From positions 897-64,896 of IMG/VR virus record IMGVR_UViG_3300044295_000323: a stretch of DNA of 64,000 nt, one strand, 5' to 3'. Shown in pieces: positions 55,609-63,063 of this stretch (positions are counted from its first letter, which is position 1; each line of letters opens with the position of its first letter). This DNA is from a virus (taxonomy: Duplodnaviria; Caudoviricetes). The notes under the pieces are model-generated. The model searched no databases, had not been told where the DNA came from, and was given only the letters and a program-made list of their open reading frames with translations. The translations under genes were made by a program, and so were the position numbers.

Positions 55609-55975
55609 GGCCGTACTCCTGGCACTCGTCGCCCGGGTCACGGTGGCTTGAGCAGTCAAACGCTGGGGCAGCGTTTCGTCGCCGCATGTAGCTGAGCTGG
55701 AGAGCGCAGTACATGAGTCGATCCATATAGCTGTCGAGTAGCGCTTCGTTAGCCGGAGTCTTGCCAGAACGTTCAAGCTCACGGATCCGAGCATTCTTAA
55801 TCCCCACCATGACTTTGAATACCGTATCCACGTCCACCCCCGATTCTGCGGCCGCTTCTTCAAAGTTGCTGTACGGATTGTCGTTGCGGGCATAGTCATG
55901 GCCTTTCCGCGCATGGAGTGCCCGCATGTCGTCAAGCAGGGCGTCGAAGTCTGGGTTGTAGCTATTAGAGTTCAT
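55598..55975 (-). CDS. DUF1599 / Nmad1-like protein
   Basis: LHARKGHDYA...NF...IKNARI...NEALLDSYMD..MY. Confidence 0.7.
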   Translation of the reverse strand: MNSNSYNPDFDALLDDMRALHARKGHDYARNDNPYSNFEEAAAESGVDVDTVFKVMVGIKNARIRELERSGKTPANEALLDSYMDRLMYCALQLSYMRRRNAAPAFDCSSHRDPGDECQEYGHGV

Positions 55976-56132
55976 CGTCTGGGTCCGGTTCTAGCAGCTC
56001 CCGCTGCCCTTCTTTAAACGCTTCCCGATAGGTAATCTCATACAGCTCCTTCACTTGATCCTGGATCTTGTGAGGGAGCTTTCTGTTTTTGAGCTCCGTG
56101 AGGAGGGCTTCCAGCAAGAGGGGTGCATTCAT
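55965..56132 (-). CDS. 55-aa hypothetical protein (not in ORF track)
   Basis: MNAPLLLEALLTELKNRKLP...; TAATG overlap with the polymerase stop. Confidence 0.55.
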   Translation of the reverse strand: MNAPLLLEALLTELKNRKLPHKIQDQVKELYEITYREAFKEGQRELLEPDPDDEL

Positions 56133-58702
56133 TACACTTCAACCTTCCGTACCGTCCTCATGCCCCCCGGATTGCCATCTGGAAAGGACCGCTTACTCGG
56201 CTCCGTATCCATCTCGCAATCCGCCCAGTTGTAGCCACGATCAACTTCACAGCCGATCCGTAGACCCCCTAACTCTACCACAGGTCGCGTCAGGGTTTCA
56301 ATCAGGAATTCTGTCGCCTCATCTGCCATAGCTTCTGGAACCTCAAGGAGATAGCCGTCATGAACGGTGACGTTCGCCGGCATGTAGTCTGCCCACTTGG
56401 ATGTCCCAAGGATGAGCAAGGTGTCGCGGCAGAACGAGCCCGCGCAATTCTGTGGAATAAAGGCTAGGGCCCGTTTGGAGTCCTGTCCGAGTTTGAGCTT
56501 CGGCTTCCCACTGTCGTCATAGAGAATGTTGCCGGCGTCATCGCGCTTGAACGTGTACACGTCGTGGAAGCGGTGACGATAACCCCAGGGACTCTGAAGT
56601 ACCCCTTCGCGCTTGGCTTGTTCGCGGGTACGTTCTTGCCACGCCTCCAGGGCGGGCATGACCGCAAAGATCTTCTTCTGAATGGCCTTTGCGGAGCCGA
56701 TCGTGGGGAACAACTCCGGGTTAGTCATGTGCATCAGATAGGGATCTCCACCGTAGAGCAGGAGATATACGGCCGTCTTGAACTGGTTATAGAGCCCCTT
56801 GTGTTCGTCTTTGGTGCGCTTGATGTTCTCGTCCGTAAACGCCCAGCCTAGTTCCTGACAACACAGATAGGCGTGGATCGACTTCTTAGCTACCGCCGTG
56901 AAGTTGGCGTCCCCAATCAACTCGCCTGTCACCACCGCTTCAATCGACGTGGAGTCAGCTTGGACGAAGACGTGGCCAGGACGAGCCACAATTTGGCGGC
57001 GCGCCTTCTTTGCCCACTTGTTGGACTCGCGTTTGCCTACGTTCTGCAAATTGTAGTTACGGGATGCGAGGCGCCACGTGGACGGCGCATTCACATACTG
57101 GGTATGAATTAGTCCAAGATCATCTGGCACATACATATAGGTGCTCAGGGTCTTGGCCACCTGGCTGTATTTCAGGACTTCCCCATAAATCGGATGCTGG
57201 CTTCCAAATTGCTTAGCAAGTCGTGCGAGATGATTCTTGTCCATCGTTGCCGACTTCGTCTTGTGGTTCCAGCCGAGCGGGTGCTTGAAGTACTTCGCGT
57301 ACGTTTGGAGCTGATCCGACGAGCCGAGGTTGAATTCCTGGAGGACATCATAGACTTCTTTCTCGCCCCTGATCACCTGGGTGACGGCGCCGTGACACGG
57401 ATTCTTCTTGCCGCCCTTCAAGTGCTCGGACTTGTTGGGCATGGGCTGCTGACACTTCGAGCAGATCTTGATGTCTGCCGGCACCATCACGCGGTCAAAC
57501 TCGCCCTCAGTGGGCATCGTCGACACACGCTCCCGTGGCTGGAGCTCACGCGGCACCATCTTCGCTGCCTCACTACGCAGCTTGGCCTTCTCGCGCTCCA
57601 TCTCGTCCCGCAGCAGCGTCTGATAAGGGATGTCGATACGGTTGCCCCGAAGACCCGCCTTGCGCAGGATCGGCATCAGTTGAGTGACGTGACGCTCGAA
57701 CAGCGGCCACTGGCCGTAATGCTCAAGATCCCGCCGAATCCCCAGGAAGTTTTGCAACGCCACGTCCGCGTCCATCGCCGCGTATCGGGCGAAGTTGACA
57801 TCATTCAAGTGTTTCCACGGCATGACGTTGGTGTAGAACGATGAGACCCATTCGAGGCCCTTGGGCAGGTCGGACTCCAGGATGTGCCAAGCGTCCTGCG
57901 CGTCCCAAATGGTTCCTCGAACTGGGAATCCCTCTGCTTCTAGACGAGGGACGTCGAAGGCAAGACAGTTCCATCCCACCTTTGGGTGGTCGCTGGCCAG
58001 GAGTGCCCGGATGCCGTCCAGGAATTCACGATTCCATGGTACAGAGGCTCCAGTGTGTGGCTGATTGGAGAACGCGATACGAAGCATCGCCCCTTCTGGG
58101 ACGCCTTCCTGATCATCGTCCTCAGCTCGGAGGCCCTTGGGCGTGTACTGGGTTTCGATGTCGAACGAGATGGGGTCTTTGGCGTCGAGGACTTTTTGGA
58201 CATAGTCATTCCATTCCTTGGGAGTCTTGGGGTCAAGCAGGTAGTTGTCACGATAGCGTGTGACGACGCCGCCGTTCTTCACGGCGTGTTGAATGTCACG
58301 GACCCAGACAGACTGGAACCGCGCTGGTTTGTTCAAGAGCTGGGAGCCCGAACCCTGGCCGTGACGAGCCACCAGGTCGTGGATACGCATCGTGGAGATC
58401 ACCGTAGCGGGCGACCCGGGCCAGCTCATCACAGCTTGAGTGCGGCCGCGCCACCGGAAGAGATCGCTATTTTGGGTCACCAACGTCATGGCCATCTCGC
58501 CCATGGTCACGATTGTGTGAACGTCGTTGGCCACGGGGCGCACCCCGGGCTGCAGGCGCCACGACTCCTGGGGAATCGTCACGATGGTCTCGGGGTTCTC
58601 AATGCCGGCCCGCTGCCACATGCGCGTCCACATGGCGCCCTTGGTGTCGTCTTGAGGGCACACGACGACAATGCCCGGATCCCACAGCATTAGCGATGGC
58701 AC
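56132..58702 (-). CDS. polA: family A DNA polymerase with degenerate N-terminal UDG-like domain and 3'-5' exonuclease
   Basis: Exo I FDIET, Exo II WNCLAFD, Exo III YAAMDAD; TWRLAS..NLQN; motif A ADSTSIE, motif B FKTAVYLLLYG, motif C VHDG. Confidence 0.9.
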   Translation of the reverse strand: MPSLMLWDPGIVVVCPQDDTKGAMWTRMWQRAGIENPETIVTIPQESWRLQPGVRPVANDVHTIVTMGEMAMTLVTQNSDLFRWRGRTQAVMSWPGSPATVISTMRIHDLVARHGQGSGSQLLNKPARFQSVWVRDIQHAVKNGGVVTRYRDNYLLDPKTPKEWNDYVQKVLDAKDPISFDIETQYTPKGLRAEDDDQEGVPEGAMLRIAFSNQPHTGASVPWNREFLDGIRALLASDHPKVGWNCLAFDVPRLEAEGFPVRGTIWDAQDAWHILESDLPKGLEWVSSFYTNVMPWKHLNDVNFARYAAMDADVALQNFLGIRRDLEHYGQWPLFERHVTQLMPILRKAGLRGNRIDIPYQTLLRDEMEREKAKLRSEAAKMVPRELQPRERVSTMPTEGEFDRVMVPADIKICSKCQQPMPNKSEHLKGGKKNPCHGAVTQVIRGEKEVYDVLQEFNLGSSDQLQTYAKYFKHPLGWNHKTKSATMDKNHLARLAKQFGSQHPIYGEVLKYSQVAKTLSTYMYVPDDLGLIHTQYVNAPSTWRLASRNYNLQNVGKRESNKWAKKARRQIVARPGHVFVQADSTSIEAVVTGELIGDANFTAVAKKSIHAYLCCQELGWAFTDENIKRTKDEHKGLYNQFKTAVYLLLYGGDPYLMHMTNPELFPTIGSAKAIQKKIFAVMPALEAWQERTREQAKREGVLQSPWGYRHRFHDVYTFKRDDAGNILYDDSGKPKLKLGQDSKRALAFIPQNCAGSFCRDTLLILGTSKWADYMPANVTVHDGYLLEVPEAMADEATEFLIETLTRPVVELGGLRIGCEVDRGYNWADCEMDTEPSKRSFPDGNPGGMRTVRKVEV

Positions 58703-58983
58703 TCCTTTGGAAAGCGTTGATAGTGATAGTGATCGGCCCCGGACTCTTCCCGCGTCACGACTAGGAAGTCGTAATCACTAGGTTCCACAATATAAAGTGG
58801 GATGCCATGGAAGTTGCGGACGTAGGGAGCCACATCTTTGTGGATAAAGAGGCGCTCCCAGTGTGGAAGCAAGTGCAGGCTGGACTTCAGGGCGATCGAC
58901 TTACTCAGGTCGATCCTCAGGGGGTCACCCCCTTGGAGCTTGAATGCTGTAATTTCGCTCAGCAAGTAGTCGTGATAGGTCAC
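58690..58983 (-). CDS. small protein, A-domain-like paralog family
   Basis: YLLSEITAFKLQGGDPLRIDL...NFHGIPLYIV; start may be 59019. Confidence 0.55.
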   Translation of the reverse strand: MTYHDYLLSEITAFKLQGGDPLRIDLSKSIALKSSLHLLPHWERLFIHKDVAPYVRNFHGIPLYIVEPSDYDFLVVTREESGADHYHYQRFPKECHR

Positions 58984-58984
58984 A

Positions 58985-59272
58985 TTAGCTAGGATGCTCC
59001 AACTCGTCTGGGGTTTCACTCATGTCGTCGAGGCCGATCACGACACGGATGCCCCAGTCGTGGCAGTCGGGCTCCTCAAACACATGGAGCTTCTTGTCCG
59101 GCGTGACCTCGAACATGATGTTCGGAATCTCGATGCCACGAGACCTAACACCCATCTCGTTCAGTAAGATTCGATAGGCTTCCTTGCCAATGTCGACGTA
59201 GTTGATGGGATCGGTGCCCCGAGTGATGGTCGCGGCCGCAACCGCCGTCTTGATCTGTTCGCTAATGGTCAT
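58985..59272 (-). CDS. small protein, A-domain-like paralog family
   Basis: SEQIKTAVAAATITRG..INYVDIGKEAYRILLNE; SD AAGGAG. Confidence 0.6.
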   Translation of the reverse strand: MTISEQIKTAVAAATITRGTDPINYVDIGKEAYRILLNEMGVRSRGIEIPNIMFEVTPDKKLHVFEEPDCHDWGIRVVIGLDDMSETPDELEHPS

Positions 59273-59631
59273 TCGTGGGACTCCTTTGATACACGCTTCC
59301 AGAGTATGCTGCTTTCGTTAAGAGACTTCTTCACCGCCGGAAGATACACGTCCTTAAGGACAGATCGCATCGCAGCATTGTAGTCGATCTCTCGTAGAAC
59401 AAATTCAATAGATGCCTCGTCCTCTAGACTTGGCGCTACTGGGATGCCTTTCCACATCACGAGTTCGTTCTCAATGCAACCTCCGAGTGGAACCTCTTCG
59501 TTGAGCATCCGCGTGTACGCCTGGTACATCTGTGGCGACATCTGGATGGTGAACGGCTTCTCGTTGCCATGAATGAGAATGGCGGCCACGTGGGCCGCCT
59601 TCATCTGGGTCTCTAGTTCGTCTCGTGTCAT
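59269..59631 (-). CDS. A-domain-like protein with C-terminal copy of the capsid N-arm
   Basis: IQMSPQMYQAY...WKGIPV; DYNAAMRSVLKDVYLPAVKKSLN similar to MCP DYTAATPILKEVYLPALQELLN. Confidence 0.65.
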   Translation of the reverse strand: MTRDELETQMKAAHVAAILIHGNEKPFTIQMSPQMYQAYTRMLNEEVPLGGCIENELVMWKGIPVAPSLEDEASIEFVLREIDYNAAMRSVLKDVYLPAVKKSLNESSILWKRVSKESHE

Positions 59632-60071
59632 GCGATCACCAGGGAGATCTCGGTCTTTTCCGTTGACCGCTTCGCCGGATTATATTCGGTGAGGCGGATG
59701 ACCCACCAGTTGCCCCACGGCCAGCGACTAAAGTGGACTTGCGGGAACTCGGAGCGTAGCCAGTTTTGCAGCAGCTCATGACACGCCCAATGAATCTCTA
59801 CGATGCGCTTCGAGCCTGTCAGCCGGTCGCTCACGCGCATCGCCAAGACCTGGTCCTTCAACGCGGCCTTGAATCCCGGGATGTTGATACCCAACTTGAG
59901 GGCTTCCTTGGACGCATCCCCCAGGAGTGACTCCTGGGGGATGATCTCGCGAATCTGCCCCTCCTTGCCTTCCTTGATCAAGCGTTCGCGTTCGGTCTCG
60001 TCCCACTCCAGATCTTCTTCAATGTCTAGGTCAGTGCGTTCCCAGATTCGAACTTCGGGTTCCTTGCCCAT
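59628..60071 (-). CDS. hypothetical protein
   Basis: SD GAGG; ATGA overlap. Confidence 0.6.
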   Translation of the reverse strand: MGKEPEVRIWERTDLDIEEDLEWDETERERLIKEGKEGQIREIIPQESLLGDASKEALKLGINIPGFKAALKDQVLAMRVSDRLTGSKRIVEIHWACHELLQNWLRSEFPQVHFSRWPWGNWWVIRLTEYNPAKRSTEKTEISLVIA

Positions 60072-60079
60072 AGCGCCTC

Positions 60080-61975
60080 TTAGATCTCGCAGAGTCCCCC
60101 GACGCAGGCGAACTCCGAATTAACGGTCGTAATGTCTTGCGTCTCCTGAATGAGATGCAAGTCCAGGGCCGTTGGTAACAGCGCCAGCCGGCGCTCATAT
60201 TCGTCCTTGGTAATCTCTTCGTAGGGCGCCAAGGGATAGATATTGGTATCCTTCGGCAGGAAGCTCAGACCACCAATGGCGTCCCATGACATCCGCAGGA
60301 AGGACGTCACCCCCACCCATTCATCTGGATGGACGTAGATGGTGCAGGAGGGGTTGTGTTCTGTCCAGCATTTCTTCCACATCAGCCAATAGGAGAGCTG
60401 GTCCAGGGCCGACAGTTGATCCCGCACGATGGCTCCATCGGGACTCTTCACCGGGAGCTCCACCACCCACTGTTGGGCCTCCTCTAGTGTGCCTTGGGCG
60501 GTCTCGGGAAATACCGGCAACCCACGGTCTCGAAGATGCAGGCCAATAGGGGAGCGTGCAGCAACACGCAATCGGCGAACGTAATACGGAGCGTACCGAG
60601 CGTGAATACCTGAGCTAGTATCCAGGAATTGAGCACTGTTGCCACTAGGCTTATTGCAAGTAACGGCCGCGCTTGCCGCCACGCCAAGCAAAGCTGCCCA
60701 GCCCTTATTGACTTCGACGGCCACGTCTTTGAGGTGCCCCAAAAGACGAGGTGTAGTATGCGGGTCGCACAAGAGGGGACAATCGCAAGCCCCAGTAATA
60801 TCAACACCGAGCAAGCGTTCCTCGTCACAGTTGGCCTTCCACTCAGGGCTCAAATAGCTGAAGTTAGTCAACGTACTTTGGATCGTCCCCAGAATCGCAG
60901 CCAGGTTGACCTTGTGTTCGAGCGTCTGGGTCGTGTCATCAGGGCGCGCCACTGCGATCGATAGGTTGCAGAACTGACGCGGGCGCAGGATGATCTCCCC
61001 ACAGGGGTTAGTGCCAAAGTCGTCCCGCACGGCCCGTCGTTGAGGGACGGCGCCGTCACGCCGAAACACACCGGGCTCTCCCGTGCCGTTGCCGGCCAGT
61101 TGGGCCATCCACGAAAGGAGATCGCTGTCCTTGACGGGGCCCGTGGCGACCATGCTGTTGTTGGCCATGGCCAGCTCTGGCATCACTTCCCAGAATTTGC
61201 CGTTCTTGGCCGACAGCATCTCCTGATCGTCGGCGTCAAACAGGGCTATTTCGGCCGCTCGTCGTACGCCCCCAACCTGGACAATAGACCCACACATTGT
61301 CGCCAGTCGATGGACGTCAAGCGGGCGCAACGCTTGACCCCGTCGAGCCCGGATGATATCCCAACTTTTATCAAGAAGATCACGGAGGGGCTTAGGCCCT
61401 GAAGCTCGACCACCCTTGGTGTGGAGCCATTCTCCCTCAGGGCGAATCTGCGAATAGTCGTACTGCCGCTTGACCCCATCAAGCGCATCTACGAGCCGCT
61501 GCTTAAACGCGTCAGCCCACCCTTCTGTCGAATCATCAATGACATAGATGTCGTCCGTATGGGAGTCAGTGTCCTTTACTTTGGGCCACTTCTGGATGTG
61601 GACCTTCTCAACCGAGTACCCCACACCAGTGCCTTGCATGAGGATGTACAGCAACTCCGCAAGGTCGCGGGGAGCTTCGAGTACGGTATACGCGCAGTTG
61701 TACGCCCCAACGTTACAGCGGTCGAGCGAAGGGCCCGCCATTTGGACAATCCGCATCGACGGCAATACGTCCCGACGAAGAATCGCATCGTGAAGGTTGG
61801 ACCAGACTTGGCCTGGAATTTTCTTGGCGCCGGGCGCTTTTTGGAGCCACTGAGTGACGCGGGACGTGACTTCGGCCCACGTTTCACGCCGGCTCTTTTC
61901 CGGGATCCACCGCGCATACTTGTCATAAAGGGTTAGCTCCGTAATGAACTCTGCACCTTTGCAATCTCGCTTCAC
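60080..61975 (-). CDS. nrdJ: class II (adenosylcobalamin) ribonucleotide reductase
   Basis: LPSMR, YNCAY, GTGVG, VRRAAEI, GTNPCGEI, KPSGN, C-terminal CVGGLCEI; no beta subunit gene seen. Confidence 0.9.
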   Translation of the reverse strand: MKRDCKGAEFITELTLYDKYARWIPEKSRRETWAEVTSRVTQWLQKAPGAKKIPGQVWSNLHDAILRRDVLPSMRIVQMAGPSLDRCNVGAYNCAYTVLEAPRDLAELLYILMQGTGVGYSVEKVHIQKWPKVKDTDSHTDDIYVIDDSTEGWADAFKQRLVDALDGVKRQYDYSQIRPEGEWLHTKGGRASGPKPLRDLLDKSWDIIRARRGQALRPLDVHRLATMCGSIVQVGGVRRAAEIALFDADDQEMLSAKNGKFWEVMPELAMANNSMVATGPVKDSDLLSWMAQLAGNGTGEPGVFRRDGAVPQRRAVRDDFGTNPCGEIILRPRQFCNLSIAVARPDDTTQTLEHKVNLAAILGTIQSTLTNFSYLSPEWKANCDEERLLGVDITGACDCPLLCDPHTTPRLLGHLKDVAVEVNKGWAALLGVAASAAVTCNKPSGNSAQFLDTSSGIHARYAPYYVRRLRVAARSPIGLHLRDRGLPVFPETAQGTLEEAQQWVVELPVKSPDGAIVRDQLSALDQLSYWLMWKKCWTEHNPSCTIYVHPDEWVGVTSFLRMSWDAIGGLSFLPKDTNIYPLAPYEEITKDEYERRLALLPTALDLHLIQETQDITTVNSEFACVGGLCEI

Positions 61976-62406
61976 TGTCGCACCTTCCCATATCGTCCAC
62001 GGCCCCGACGTTCTCTGTCATCTGCGTTATCGGCGGGGGTTCCTAGTCGCAGATGCGCTGGATTCACACAGCTTGGGTTATCACATGAATGCAAGACATG
62101 CCATTCATTCGGCTCTTGCACGAACAACGTATAAGACACTCTATGCGCTGTTAGACACTGACCTTGAAAAGAAAAATACCCGTACCCTGCCGGATGTTTA
62201 GACGCGTTCCAATTCCAACACATCGAGGTCTTATCAACTTTCTTCAAGAACCGAACGCGTACTTTTTCGAGTGCTTCCGCTGTGTATGGTTTCGCATTCG
62301 CCTTTTGAAAGCGCCGTGTCCACTTCTTGCGATGTGTTCTAACTTTGTCTGGATTCGCCTTGCGCCAACGAGCCGTTCTAGCCCGAGCTGCTTCCTCACG
62401 AGTCAT
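61972..62406 (-). CDS. HNH homing endonuclease
   Basis: CWNW...GYG...AHRVSY...HSCDNPSCVNPAHLRLGT..DN. Confidence 0.85.
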   Translation of the reverse strand: MTREEAARARTARWRKANPDKVRTHRKKWTRRFQKANAKPYTAEALEKVRVRFLKKVDKTSMCWNWNASKHPAGYGYFSFQGQCLTAHRVSYTLFVQEPNEWHVLHSCDNPSCVNPAHLRLGTPADNADDRERRGRGRYGKVRQ

Positions 62407-62419
62407 GCCTATATGATGC

Positions 62420-62460
62420 AAAAGAAGAGGACCAGGTTACGGCGAAGTAACCTGGTCCTC
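62420..62460 (-). terminator. intrinsic terminator
   Basis: 14-bp stem GAGGACCAGGTTAC/GTAACCTGGTCCTC then TTCTTTT. Confidence 0.8.
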
Positions 62461-62500
62461 AGTGCGCAGCCTCGTTTAGCTCTTATCTGCGCCGGCTAAC

Positions 62501-62557
62501 TTAACACTTACAGGGGGCCTTGCCACAGCTCTTGCACTTGCCGCCTTTCTTGGCCAC
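62501..62557 (-). CDS. 18-aa Cys/Lys micropeptide (not in ORF track)
   Basis: MAKKGGKCKSCGKAPCKC; very strong SD AAGGAGGTGA. Confidence 0.55.
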   Translation of the reverse strand: MAKKGGKCKSCGKAPCKC

Positions 62558-62572
62558 TACGCATCACCTCCT

Positions 62573-62761
62573 TTATTCAGGGCCGAACCTCGGGGTCCAG
62601 CCGTGTCCCTTGAAGGAGATGCCGCCCAGGGAGTAGATCTGCTCCATCTTGACGCCGCACTTCGGGCACTGGACAACGTCCGGCTTCTCTTTGACGGTGC
62701 AGATAAACTCGACTTCACCGTCGCACTCTGGCGTATCGCACTTGTAATGGTAGGTGGGCAT
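62573..62761 (-). CDS. FmdB-family Zn-ribbon protein
   Basis: MPTYHYKC..C...CPKCG...ISFKGHGW. Confidence 0.8.
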   Translation of the reverse strand: MPTYHYKCDTPECDGEVEFICTVKEKPDVVQCPKCGVKMEQIYSLGGISFKGHGWTPRFGPE

Positions 62762-63063
62762 TAGAGCTTCTCCTCGATGTAGCCCGGCGTCCCGCCCGTA
62801 TGGTGTGTGGGCGCCTGGCCTTTCAACTGCTTCTTGTAGTTCCGTATCCAGTCAGCTCGAAGCATCGCCAGCTCTTTGTCGAGCATCTTGACGAACTCTT
62901 GCTCGTCTGCCTTTGCTGCCATCAAGGATGTGTACTGGACGCGTCCGTACATATGAATCACGTTGTTGGTGCCGCTCTCCGTGCTGGTCGTGAGACGATC
63001 AGAGTGAAACACTCTGATCGTCGGCACCATCCCGAGCATGACCATAAAGGTTCGTCTGAGCAT
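62761..63063 (-). CDS. protein with RRxF leader and capsid spine-helix-like segment
   Basis: MLRRTF; YGRVQ...FVKMLDKELAMLRADWIRNYKKQLKG. Confidence 0.6.
   Translation of the reverse strand: MLRRTFMVMLGMVPTIRVFHSDRLTTSTESGTNNVIHMYGRVQYTSLMAAKADEQEFVKMLDKELAMLRADWIRNYKKQLKGQAPTHHTGGTPGYIEEKL

Noticed and set aside
59805-59830. Internal RLTG in 59628..60071 as a member of the helix-LTG family
   Set aside because: It is mid-protein, follows a beta-type segment and lacks the 16-residue helix register.
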